Made by a program: the position numbers and the translations under genes. Below, one piece after another: positions 1 to 12,036 of a stretch of 64,000 nt of DNA. The notes beneath the pieces were generated by a model. It was not told the DNA's origin. It ran no database searches and saw nothing but the letters and a program-made list of their open reading frames with translations. Positions within the stretch are counted from its first letter, which is position 1. The number at the start of each line of letters is the position of its first letter. This DNA comes from Oikopleura dioica (lineage: Eukaryota; Animalia; Chordata): contig OU015569.1 in the NCBI GenBank assembly GCA_907165135.1, positions 2,914,001-2,978,000 on the forward strand, in the 5' to 3' direction.

Positions 1-2
1 AA

Positions 3-3000
3 GCAACAACTTCCAACCCGGCTTCGTCTCAGACGAACCAACAACCGCCTCCTCAGTCTTCACCGGTGATCAATCTGGTACCCTCGGTTATGGTTCCGAC
101 TCGTCCGACTGGAACTCAACCTCAGTCTACACAACCTCAGTCAATAGTTCTTAATTCGAATCTTCAGCGACACACAGATGTATCAGAATTCGCACGGCAA
201 GTACCAACACAAGCAACATTGAATTCACATTCATTCGATCCTTCCATGGCCATAAGGGGAGTCACGCTTTCGGAAAGCCGACAACGAGCGGAAAATCAAC
301 AACAGAATGTTACACAAAATCATATGCAGCAGGTTTCTCTCGCTCAACTCAACATTTCCCAGCAATGTCTCAACATTCCCAGCAATGTCTCAACATACCC
401 AGCAATGTCTCAACATGTGCGGCATCCTGCACAATATCAATATCGGCAGCAGACGCCCTACGGACAACAATTCAGTCAGAATCAATTCAGTCAGAATCAA
501 CATCGCCAGAGTTCATTTCAAAATCCGAACCCGTCAGCGAATCAACAGCGAATACCTGACCTTCCGCCTAGAAATGGCCTAGGTGGACCTTTTATCCAAT
601 ATTCTAATGAATTGCAACAGTATAATCATTATTCTCCTGGGCTAAACCGTAACCATGTGCGACCTCAAAACCCAACTTCATTCCTACCAAACATCTCAGA
701 TGCCCCGAATACGCAGGCTCCTCAGTCAGCCGGCAGAGTCCCTCCTCAAATTTCTCCACAATTGGGCTCTTTATCTGGCACTAGAAATCGAGCACCTCCA
801 CAAAAATCTCCGAGTGGACAAGTTCAGACTCCTGTAGTATCTCAGCAGCGACAAATACGGCCTAATGCACCAACTCAGCAGCATCGACCGCCCAATCAGC
901 AAGGAATACTTCGGCATCCTCCATCACGGCAGCAGACCCCTGCAACTTCGCCGCCAGTACAACCTCAGCGAAATGGAATTCCTCAACAGGGTCATGGACG
1001 AGTGCGTCAGATTCCTGGGCTTGCAGTGCGCCAAAATGAACCCTCTCTCCAGTCACAACAACCCCAGCGCAATGCATCACTTCAACGGCCTCAGCAGCCT
1101 AGCCAGAGGCTCAACGGACGTCCTCAAAACCAAAGAGCTCAACAGATTATTCCCAATAACAATAATGGCTTGGCAAGGGCCCCCGAGTTCTTCCACTGCC
1201 GAATCTTCCAAATCGCATGCGTGTTAGAGTTGTTCGCCTCCCTTCGAATCTCCCTGAAAATGGTTCTCATTGGAGCGATGAAGTTGCTATTTGGATCATG
1301 CAACACGAAGAGTACCAGCGATTATCACCAGGCTATTTTCTGTGTGTTCAAATTACGCGTCAGCTTCCAGCTGAACTCTATTTAAAATGGCTCGTTGTTC
1401 GCGCTAGAATCATGGAATTTCCCAACTATGGAAGAAACGGGTTTTTTTAAGAACGAAAACTATGATGAAAACGATTTTTATAAATCAGGAGGTGTAGAAA
1501 TAAGAAAATTTGTATAAATAAGCGGTTAAGTTGCAAAATAATTTGATCTGTTAAAAAAACCTGTTAGATGTGATCACGCTCGGTTAACCTTCCAAGCATC
1601 ACAACCGAGCCCGGACTCTGTGCCATATGAAATCGAACGATCAACAAGTAATGAAAACATTCTGGGCGAGGGAACTTGGACCCTACATTGGAGAAAGAAA
1701 GTAAAGAAAATAGCTTCTAGCAAGGAAGCGCTGCCAACTTCGACAAACGAGGATCCACCTGCTGATGATGCGATCGTTAACAACGCTGAGGTTGAGGACG
1801 ATCCTTACAATATGTTCATGCAAAATACCCCGGCGCCGGCTCTTGTAATTTGCACTTCAGTATTAAAATTTTAACTTTCATTTAAGCTACCTGGTGATGA
1901 AGATGTTCCACCTACACCGCAGGCACAACCCTCTTCACCAGCACCCCCATTAGTGCCAGTATCTCCAGGTCCTAAACCTCCTCAGCCTCAGCCAGCATTA
2001 ACAGCAAGCGATCCGACTCAATCATCACATCCTTCCACGGAAGTGACACAACCAAACGTTACAGCCGATGCTACATCAAGAGTTTTGGAAGAAGAGAAAA
2101 CTACGCCCGTTGCCCCTATTGACCACCGTGACCAGCCGTCGACTAGCAAGCTTATGCCATGGGAGAAGTTATCTACGCCCACAATTATCAAGCCGAAGGT
2201 AGAGCCCCGTTCGCTACCTATGTGCGAACCGACTAAAAATAGCAGCGAAGCTTCGAAGAAAAGCGCTCCAACGAAAGAATCGTCCAGCGTGGACGATGCA
2301 TCGCCTAAAAAGCCGGTCAAGAAACCCACCTATTCAAAGGCGAGAAAAAAAGAGTCCTCGAAAGTCAGCATCGAAGGCAAGAACACCGAAACATCAACTT
2401 CGACAGTCAAGAAGATAGTAAAGCCGTACGAACAAGTGTTGAGAGATCGGCAATATGAGGAGCACCTTCTGAAAATACCCGATATATTGGCCGGGAAGCA
2501 CAAAATCCAATTTTTCGATGACAGTGATGTGGAGTACTCTTCAGGAGATGATTCTTCTGATTCTGGGTCCGATGTCCCAGACTACGAGAAATATTTTGGA
2601 CCATTTGGACCGTCCTCTCCGAAGAAAGTCGAAAAAACGCCATCTCCAACTGAAGCTTCCATGCACGATGTGCCTCAAATCGAATCTCCTGACGTGGCTT
2701 CCACCAATGACGTTAGCATGGAAACAGCAGATGAGCAAATGGATGTGTCACCACCGTCTCTGGAATCAGTTCCACCGCCATCTCCTCCAGAGCAGCCTTC
2801 TGCTGTTGACCCGCCGCATTCTTCGCCCTCCCAACTGGCCGTTCCTGAACCATCTCCTGGTGCGGCCATCCGAGGACAAGACGAATATCTCGCCGAGTAT
2901 TGGCGAGAGTATGAGAAACGACAAGAGGAGATCGATCTGAAAAAGGTAAAAAGAAAAGACCCAAAGAACTAGAAAGATACGTCGTGCGACGGCTTTACAA

Positions 3001-6000
3001 ATCAATGACTTTGAAAGTGTCGACGAAGATTATCTCGACACAGATTCAGTCTGGGGTTACAGAATTTCACACAAAACAGCCACTCACACGTGTGAATGAT
3101 TGATTGCAATCATTCAGTTCAACTTCTAAGTATCCCCTTGTTAGACTCTGATGGTGAAATGCATTTATCCGTTTATAAAATATTAAAGGCTGTCGATAAA
3201 CTGGAGAAGGAATTTCGTCTTGGCAAGGGACCGACAAGGGACCGAAAGAGGACATCTTCCCACTCCCCGCCTAAAAAGAAAAAGAGGGAACCTCTTAAGT
3301 CTTCCCGCGCAGCGCTTGGGAAAACTTCGAACGAGATTAAAAATGCTCCCTCAGTCAGTTCTGCCAAGTCTCCCCGTATTTCTAAGGAGAACAAACCCCC
3401 TTCTTTGGTTGAAGTGAGAAGAGAAACGCCCGAGACTCAAAACGTCTCCTCACCAATGCATCGCTCGTCGGATGAGGTTAGTTGCTTGACTTTTAACTTG
3501 ATTACTGAACTCCACTTTAGTCTGCCGGGGCAAATATCATTCCAATAGTAAAGTCCGAGCCATCTAATGATGAATTGACGACAAAACGAATTTCTGCATC
3601 ATCTGAGTCGTCTTCGATGGCTGATCCATCTGATGATGTTATTGTCTGCGAGGTAGTGTATCTCATTTTTAAAGTTATCCTCAAAACTATACTTAGTCGA
3701 CGCTGAAGAATAAATATGAAGAATTCAAATGTCCATACAATCCGGACTGTAATCTAGTATTCCAGCCCAAGAGCCAGCCTCTCAAAAATTGGGTTCTTAA
3801 AAACAAAGATGCGCTGGATTGGCATATACAGATTTATCATGATTCTTCCGGAAAGTATATTCCGACGTCTTGCGACAAATGCCACTTGAGGTTTCTCACT
3901 TTGACCGTGAAGAAGCAACACAGCAGGGAGAATTGCGATTACTTCCGGGTGAATTTCGTGGAACTTCTTCTCAAAATATCGCTTCCCGAAAGGTTAGAAA
4001 TATTCAAAACGCAAGGGTTAATTGAATTATAGCTCAATTGAACCTGGAAAGCGGGCTTCTCGCCGAAGAAAAGAATCCGTCAAATATACTGAACCGGAAA
4101 CTAACGATTCTGACTCTGAGGAGCCAAAAAAGAGAAAAGTTCGTTCAAGAAGTGGCCGACGAAGTGGTGATCATTCCAGAGAGCCGCACCATGTATATGC
4201 GCCTAATAAAAGCAGATGGAGGTCTGCACCTGACGATAGCTCACAATCAAAGAAGTTGAAGCTTGGAATTCCTCAGAGAGCTCCCATGGTGCCATTGCCT
4301 GACGAATCCCCGTCGACTTCTGCAGTTTCCGATGCTTTTGAAGAAAGATTTTCTTCTATCGGACAGAAAGCCACTAGTAAGGACACTCCGACCGACCAGA
4401 GTCCTTCTGAAGAACACCAGCCCAGCTGCTCAAAAGATGATACTCGTATAAAAAAGGAATTTATAACTCCACGAAAAGAAAAACATCAAGATCTGGACTC
4501 TAGTGACGTGACAGACTTCAGAGAGTTTATTCAAGAGTCTGAAGACAGTCAGCAATCGACTGATATCCGCCGTGAATCTCCTATTGAAGAACAAGTCACT
4601 TCTGAAATTAAAGTTCCTAACTCGCAAGCACTTGACTCTGGAACGAAAGCCCGAGACTCGTCCGAGAAGCGTGAGCGATCGAAAAAGACCCAGTTCTCTG
4701 TTGAGCCAAAACAAAACGAAAATCAGATGAGAGCAGAAGATGCAAAATCGAGTTCTAAAACGAGTGATCAAAGTTCGACCGAGGTGGATGATCAACCGTT
4801 AATAGGATGGAAGAAGCTATGGGAACAACTTCAAAATGAAGACGAAAACGCTGCGCAGTCAGCAGATGTCGGCGGTGACTCCATGGACACTGGTCCAAGG
4901 AAGACTGCTATAGAAACGAGAAATGACAATTCGACCGAGTCACTTTCTACCAATGTGGAGACTACCGTCCAAGTGAGGGAAGAGGAATCAGCTGCTGAGT
5001 CAGAAAACCAACTCGAAGGCAATTTAGAAGCCGCCAATGAAGCAACCCTGGATGACTCGCATCCGGAGGAGGCAGAGGTAGAAAATGGTGTCATGAAAGA
5101 ACCATGCGCTGAATGCCCGTCTGATGACGAACCATCGTCGGACGTTATAGTTGTGCCTGAAAGAGAGTTGAGCGAAGAAGAAATACGTATTCGTCGAAAT
5201 AAGATTTTGTCAGAAATGTATAATCTTCTAAGGAGGGCCACGTCACCCGAACTATTCGGTGAAATCCGGCAAGTGATAGATGCACTCAAGGAACACCGGT
5301 TTAAAACAGATTCTGATTTCAAATCTCCCGAAAGAATTGTTGAGGACTACAAAAAGCGAGTCAATAAGCAACGGATAATAATGATTATCGATAGCGATGA
5401 TGAGCCATCTTCCCCCTCTACGATCGCGTCGACAAGCACAGTTGTCGACCGTACGACCGAAATTTCACCGGGAACTGCAATCAAAGAAGAAGCTTCATTT
5501 CTGGAAAGTACGAACTCGTCCTCGGGTCCTATTAGTACTCCAAACAATAACGACGATCTACCCGCGCGTTCTTCTTCTCCAGCTCCTTCATCTAGTCAGT
5601 CTAAAGACAAGGACAACACTCAACAAGTTTCGGCGCAGAATGAGGGAACTAGCGCTGCTTCGGAAAATTGGCCAGGAAGAAGAGAGACTCCGGTGGTGTT
5701 ACCGGTTCCCATTAGATCTTCAGAGAAACCTGCATCAGTTGTAATTCCGGCTGTTTCATTTCCAAAGCAGGAGCCAATGGATCCTGAAAGCATAGAAGCG
5801 CGTTCTCGTCGAGGCACGTTCATTGACGAAGAAGATGAACGCGGTGTCATATGTTCGAGAGTAATATGCAGGTATAATAATTATCTTTGCACTATTCTAC
5901 TTTCCGTTTTAAGTAATGAGGAACGGCTCGATAATGACCCGACTACTGATTCTTCACCTGAAGATGCTCATTCTCGCAAACGCGTGAGACCAGAAAGCCC

Positions 6001-6367
6001 TATCTCTGCTGAGATGCCATCCACCTCAAAGCAATCGAGACGTCAACTGGATAATGAGCAACTGTAAGTTTTAAAATCCTTGAATATTTAATTATCTCGA
6101 TATTTCTCTAGTGAAATCGAGTGTCACTCGCAGAGCTCCCAAGACAGCGTCAGCTCTCAGAACACTAACTCTCCTCGACGGTTAAGTCTCCACAAAAAAC
6201 CGCCGATGGATGAGAAGAAGAGGGCAGACAATGCAGTCAAGTTAAAATTCATCAAACAGGGCTACAATGGTGCGAGAGCAAATCCTACTCAAAGCACTCT
6301 CACTTCAAGAAAAGAGGAGATCTCAGATAAAAGAAAGAGTTCAAAGCTCTCCTCTAAGAAAAATTAA
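3..6367 (+). CDS. 5'-partial, multi-exon, large low-complexity (Q/P/S/E-rich) putative nuclear protein with a central zinc-finger-like exon
   Basis: Frame is open from base 3. ORFs 66-1385, 1620-1874, 1953-2972, 3096-3548 and 4022-6067 can be joined by short GT-AG introns (e.g. 1845-1886). Exon ~3697-3992 encodes CPYNPDC...HIQIYH and CDKC...H...C. Last exon ends TAA at 6367. Apparent 1-nt indels near 1169 and 2950. Confidence 0.7.
358..416 (+). repeat. Tandem repeat, 3 copies with 20-nt period (core CCCAGCAATGTCTCAACAT), inside a coding exon
   Basis: AGCAATGTCT starts at 361, 381 and 401. Confidence 0.95.
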
Positions 6368-6452
6368 AATGCAATAATCAACAACGTCTATTCCCTATTA
6401 CCTCAAATAAATTATTAACACGGATAATTGTTTGTTACTTTCTCTTTTGCTC

Positions 6453-9237
6453 ATGTTTATGGAAGCCTCTGATATCAGGCCCGTTTTTGAACTCTTGAAA
6501 AAGTGAGGAGACTGATTCCACACTTTACGACGCAGTCAACAAGGAATCGGTTAATGAACTGCAGACGTTCGCGATCCAGACGCTCGAAAATACAGACGAT
6601 ATGACGGAGGAACAGCGTGAAAAGTACGAACAAAGGTGGGACGAGGCAGAGGAGCTGCAGGAAAATACGGCGCAGAAAAAGGAGAGTCTTGAACTTGAAA
6701 TTCTACACTTGCAGGGCAAGCACGGAGATCAAAGCAACAAAGTTCGGTAAGACAGTTTTTTTTTTAAGGGGGCCCATTTGTCTTTGAAAAAAAAAGGTAC
6801 TTCCCATCGTCCTAGACGCATGGTTAGTGTCTTACTAGAAGGAGAAAGGTTCGAACTTGTTAAAATAATTATGACCAGAAAATTCTGACCGCCAGAAGCG
6901 CTAGAATTTCAATTTTTCCATCAACAAGTCCATTTTTGGTGGCGCCCGATTCGAACAAAAGCGCGCCTCAGCCAATCAGCGCGCGCCATTTTCGAATAGT
7001 GGCGCGAACAATGCATTTTAATGCATTTTCAAGGCTCATTTACGGTTAAAGTTTTAATCAAAATTTTCATTTTATAATTATTTTGACAAGTTCAAGGGGC
7101 GGTCTTTCATAAAAGACCTCATTCGACCCTATCTGGCAACTGGAAGTACCTTTTTTTTTCAAAGACAGCTGGGCCCCCTTAAAAAAAAAACTGTCTAAGT
7201 AGATTATAAATCGAACGATCACGGAAACTCTCTTGTTAAGAGAGCTGGAACGTTGCGAAGATACGAGACACACGTTTGGAACGCGAAGTCTCCGACGAGA
7301 GCGAAATAAAACTTCAACTAGAATCGAGATACGGAAGAAGGAAGAGAAAATGTGCAACAACAAACTGGCACCTCATCACCTGATTCCCAACGAGAATCTC
7401 ACAAACGGCGTACGTCTTCGTAAACATAATCAATATGATCTCAAGATGATGCCCTTCTTGCTCCCATTTTTATTTCAACCGGGAAAAGAGAAAAATAGGG
7501 ACACGACCACGAAATGTTTTTGGAGTGAGGTGTGTCGGGTGACTTGTTCTTTTCTTTTTGTCCGTTCGTCTCCATTAGTGCACGTCTTGTCGATACTTGT
7601 TTTCACCGACTAATTCTGATTTTTAGTTGCTCAAAAAGTCAGAGAAAGAGACCTGCGGCCGCGTGCGAGTACAACTGCCTCCTCTAACTGCTACACCTGC
7701 GAAAACTACATCATGGTTCAACCAGCGCACCGATGTCGCCCGGAAAGTGGTCGAGGAGGAGAAAATGGTCAAGCGCACTCTAGGCAGTCGTCCAGGCTTT
7801 AGCGTACAAGCCACTGAAGAAAACGGCGTCGACATTGTTGACAGCTTGGACTTGGATGATTTGCCAATGCCGACGTTTGAGAAAGTTTCTGAGCTACTTC
7901 AGGACAAGAGGGAGAAAACTGTGAGCGTCGAGGAAAGTAAAACGCCCTCTTCGGCGGTGCCGACTGATCCGCGAAGACGACCTTCAGCGGATACGCCAGA
8001 AGTAAAGAATGTCGAGGACAGCAAAATTGAGGAGAAAAAGGCTAACCCTCTTCAAGTAACTGAGAAGCTTTCTTCGCCAAGGGATCCACGCAGGCGTCCC
8101 TCAATGGAGATCTCCGAAGAAAAGCGAGTCACGGACTCAAAGTCAGCTGAGAAGGAACCTGGAAAAGGCGTCGAAAAAACTAACAAGCCTTCTTCGTCAG
8201 TGCCAAAAGATCCTCGCGTACGACCTCCAACGGGCAAGCCAGCTGAGACGCAATTCGAAAAACGCGTCGAGCAAACAACGAAACCATCTTTGCAAGTGCC
8301 AAGAGATCCACGTCGGAGACCTTCAACGGATAAGCCTGAAGAGAGGAAAGTGGAGTCGAGATCAGCAGCAAAGCAAGTTGAAAATACTCTTCCGCAGCAA
8401 GGGGTCTCGAAAGTGAGAACTGTCACGAGGAAAGTCGCCCCTTCGCCTGCTAAAAAAATGAGAGGGACCTCGCCAGATCCTCAAAAAAAGGATACTCTCG
8501 AGCAGGCGCCTCGCTATTCAAACGGACAATCTCAAACAAAACATGTTCCTAAAGGTCGCGTTTTTGGTGGAAACACTCCAGAGAAGCCAGTGAAAATGTC
8601 TGGCCAGTGGATTAATAGGAATATCGCGTCTGATCAACTAGCGAAGCAAGACTCTCTGAAATCCCGTCCTTCTCCTCCAAAGCCCAACGAAAAGCCTAGC
8701 AAACAGCATGCGCCTGAGCCCGCTGTCCCCGACTCACCGTTTTTCATGGCTGACTTACCAGAACCTATCATATACGATAGGGGCAACAGCGGAAGTAAAA
8801 AGCAGGGAGGTTCCTCTCACAGAACTTCAAATGTGTACCAGAGCTCCAAACCAAGGGATCCCAACTGCCCTCGCTACACTCCTCCAAAAAGACCACCGCA
8901 CTACTCTCCACCAAAACGCCCTGAAATGCCGTTCGAACATCAAGGAAGATCTTCTCATTCGGATTATTCAGGTCAACATTCCAACAATCGCCATTTCGCT
9001 CAAAAAGCTTGTACTTCAAAACAAGGCGTGGGATATCCACCTCAAGGTCCAACAAAGCGCTTAAATAGCGACCAGCAAAGACCTGCCGATCCTCATCGAA
9101 AACGCCAAAAGACCCACCATAATGCAGCTCCAGATGCTCACATTAAAAACTGTCACCAAAATCGACGGTCTCCGACTGATAGAGCTGCTCAAATTGATAA
9201 ATTTAATTTGAACCAAATGCCAAATTTTGAAATTTGA
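6453..9237 (+). CDS. Uncharacterised multi-exon protein: N-terminal coiled coil, long K/P/S-rich C-terminal exon with four DPR(R/V)RP repeats
   Basis: Exons ~6453-6502, ~6536-6746, 7241-~7529 and 7627-9237. The junction AAA GTT CG|A GAG CTG keeps frame across the MITE-containing intron. Confidence 0.65.
6751..7195. mobile_element. 445-bp MITE with ~54-bp TIRs and TAA target-site duplication (PIF/Harbinger-type TSD)
   Basis: 6751-6804 GACAG(T)nAAGGGGGCCC...AGGTACTTCC is the inverted copy of 7142-7195. TAA at 6748-6750 and 7196-7198. A second internal inverted pair (GAACTTGTTAAAATAATTAT near 6852, counterpart near 7075-7095). No ORF. Confidence 0.85.
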
Positions 9238-9484
9238 CATTTTTTAATTGAAACAAATTTGTACATAATTTTACCTCACTTACACGACCCCCTTTTTGGG
9301 TAAGTCAGAAAAGTATTCAATATAGTTTCTTGCTTACCCTTTTCATCCTATTTATACGCGTCGTTCACAAACTGTCTACCGCTGCCCTACTGAAATAAAC
9401 ACCACAGTGAGATATGCAATCGATAAATTGTTTTCCTTTCCGCAAAAAGAATAACGCAGGATTTTAAGTTTTCCATCTCCTAGA

Positions 9485-11874
9485 ATGAGTCTTAGTTCTG
9501 AGGAACTGCAGGGGATTACCCATGTGTTGGCAGAGGAGCCGTTTAATAAGACCATCTCGATGGTGAAGCTGGACACGATGTCCGGTGAAGACTACATTCT
9601 CCTCATGAATGAAGTCGTCCACTATTTGGACAGCAAGCAACCGTCACTAGTTCAGTGCAGAACTGAGCCTCCAGAAGCACGAGTTGTGCGACACCTTGAA
9701 TTTCTTAAAGGCATTCAATACAAACCACACGAGCCAGCTGGATTTAAAAAGGGCATTCTCATGGGGGAAAAGAAATATATGCTCCACATCTTCAAGTTCA
9801 TTATCCTCGACTTGGCAAATATCAAAGAACGGGCATATCTAGCTAGATATCTGATGAGACTACCGGTGCCAAAAGGAAGGGAATCCATTTTTTAAGCTTC
9901 GACTAGCTATTACTGATAACTAATCAGAATACAACAAAAATTTCACGGAGCTGTGAAGTGATTCTCTGAAAAGAACTGATCCAGTCGGACCAGGAAATCC
10001 ATGAAGCTTGGAACGCATACATCGAGAAGCTAAACGAATTCAAGGAAATCCACAAGTCCGTCGTTCAGCAGCGGAGGGATGGGCCAGATACAGATGGTGT
10101 TCGCAGGGATATCAAGCAAATGGAAGAAGAACGCAACCAAATCGCCAATCGAGTAGAAAAGGCTGACAGAAAAGTTAAGAGCCTTCCCAACGCGGATGTC
10201 TGGATAACCGCGGCCAGGAAACTCCGTGAGGAAAGAAATAAAGAAGAGGAAGTGCAAATGCAGATCAGGGAACAACAAACGCAGATGAAAGTGCTGGAAT
10301 CGCGACTTGAGCGGGCAAGCACGCGTCTTGAATCCCTTTCCCAGCAGCGCAAGGGAATGACAACAAGGGATCTCATCGAACGCACGGATGAAGAACTCAA
10401 AACAGCAAAGTATCGAAAGGACGAACTTCTGCCAAAGAAACTCGCCGACCAGAAGCGACAGCTCCAAGCTCTGAAAGAAGCAGCTGCTGATAGCAATCCT
10501 GACCGTATTGACCTGCTCGAAAAAGTGCGCATTCTTCGCGACGAAGTTCGTCGATACGACGAGGCTAAGATGGAAGATGCGAAAGATCCATCGCTCGTTG
10601 CTTTCCGAAAAAATGCGAAGGACCTTGCTCGACGAAAGGAAGCTCTCAGCAACACGCTCCGCAACAAGCAAGATGAAGAAGAGGAGATCAACAAGGAGGT
10701 CACTCAGAAAAAAGAACTCTTCGAAAAAGAATACGGCGGTGCGAAAATGTCGGATGAGGACTTCCAGGAGTACGGAGCCAAGATGCGCCAGGAAGGCAAA
10801 AAATACAATGACGCCCGTAAGATGCTGAAATATTTACAGCAAGAAAATGGTCTGCTTTCGAGAACAGCGGAACTTACCAAGAAAAACCTCCAGACTGAGG
10901 AGGAAAAGTTAGAAGAACTTGAACGTCAACACGGTGTAACTGGTAGTGTTGTTGTCTATTTTGACTGTAGTAAATTATTTTTGCAGGGTTTACGGAGCTA
11001 CAAGCAAAACTTGAAGCAGTTTCCACACTGAAGCAAGACAAGGATCACCAGAAAGAAAAGACTATGGAAGAGATCGCCCAGTACGTTTATTTATATTCAA
11101 GTAGATTTAATAAATCACGCTCCGTCTACGAGGACGAAATGCCCTATTGCCATAGTAACCAGTCATATTTGATAAATTGTTAAAAATGGTCTTGGAAGGT
11201 GTCTTGACAATTCATTGTTAGGTTATCAGAGGAACTCAATGCGAAGATCAATGCGAAGAGGGAGTCCATTGAGCCTGTTCTCAAAGAAGTCAGGTCAGCC
11301 TCCCCGCTCGAGTCTGTTTTATTAACAAATATGTTAGGCCTCTTCGAACCAAGCATTCTGAGCTCAACAAAAAGATGAAAGAAGCCAAGAAGAAGTACGA
11401 CTCTGTGCTGGCTGACATCGAATCCTCTCGAGGAAACATCGAACGGGAGCTGACTAAGATCCGAAGGCACCACACTGACCGTAAGACTTGACACTATTTT
11501 CAAATCGCATCATTTTCAGAGCGTGCGCAATTTCAAATCCAGCGCGCTCAGCTTGAAAACTTCCGATCTCTTCAAGATCGAATCCAAGATGCTGAGACAT
11601 GGCGCGACGTGTTGCAGAAGAAGCTTCGCGAGTCTGAAATTCAGGCCAAGCAGTTGAGAGATCAGCAACGATCTATCCGCGAGCAGAAGGTCTTTCTTTT
11701 TATTTGGATTCGGAATTGTAAACAAAATTTCAGTCTGCAAAAAAGGAGGAGGAAGCCGCTGTATGGCGAAAAATGATCAAGCTGATCCAACTGAAAGAGC
11801 AGGACGGCACCACTAAAATTCGCAAGACTCGACCCGTGACAGTCCGAAAGGAGCAAGATCGTCTTGTTCTCTAA
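9485..11874 (+). CDS. IFT81: Intraflagellar transport protein 81
   Basis: N-terminal CH-like region ending ERAYLARYLMRLPVP (human KRAYLARFLIKLEVP), long coiled coils, C-terminus QDRLVL* (human EDRLIL*). Multi-exon. Confidence 0.93.
9876..9973 (+). other. Non-canonical GA-AG intron in IFT81 (98 nt)
   Basis: Joining CCA AAA G to AA CTG ATC CAG gives PKELIQSDQE, aligning with human PSEFLQDET. The donor reads GAAGGG. Confidence 0.75.
11146..11159. promoter_or_regulatory. RFX X-box-like motif ATTGCCATAGTAAC in an IFT81 intron
   Basis: One mismatch to the X-box consensus GTHNYYATRRNAAC. Lies within one ciliary gene and ~880 nt upstream of another. Confidence 0.5.
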
Positions 11875-11961
11875 TTTTCCATTTTCCTTTTTTTTACATC
11901 TGTATCTGCATTTTCACCATGATGTCTCTATTTTTCTATTTACAAAAATATTTCTTATATT

Positions 11962-11967
11962 TCTAGA
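11962..11967. promoter_or_regulatory. TCTAGA motif upstream of CFAP53
   Basis: About 70 nt upstream of the ATG at 12037. TCTAGA has been described as a male/testis core-promoter motif in O. dioica (recalled). As a 6-mer it also occurs by chance. Confidence 0.4.
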
Positions 11968-12036
11968 ACATATGTTTTTATACTGAGCACACATTTACCC
12001 TCGTTGAGGTTTGATCATTTATAGGAAAACTTCAGA

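Noticed and set aside
10030-10703. Long antisense ORFs (213 and 212 aa) opposite IFT81
   Set aside because: They are shadows of a K/E-rich coiled-coil exon and give L/S/F-rich nonsense. The same applies to antisense ORFs over genes 1 and 2, CFAP53, ZCCHC14 and SMAP.
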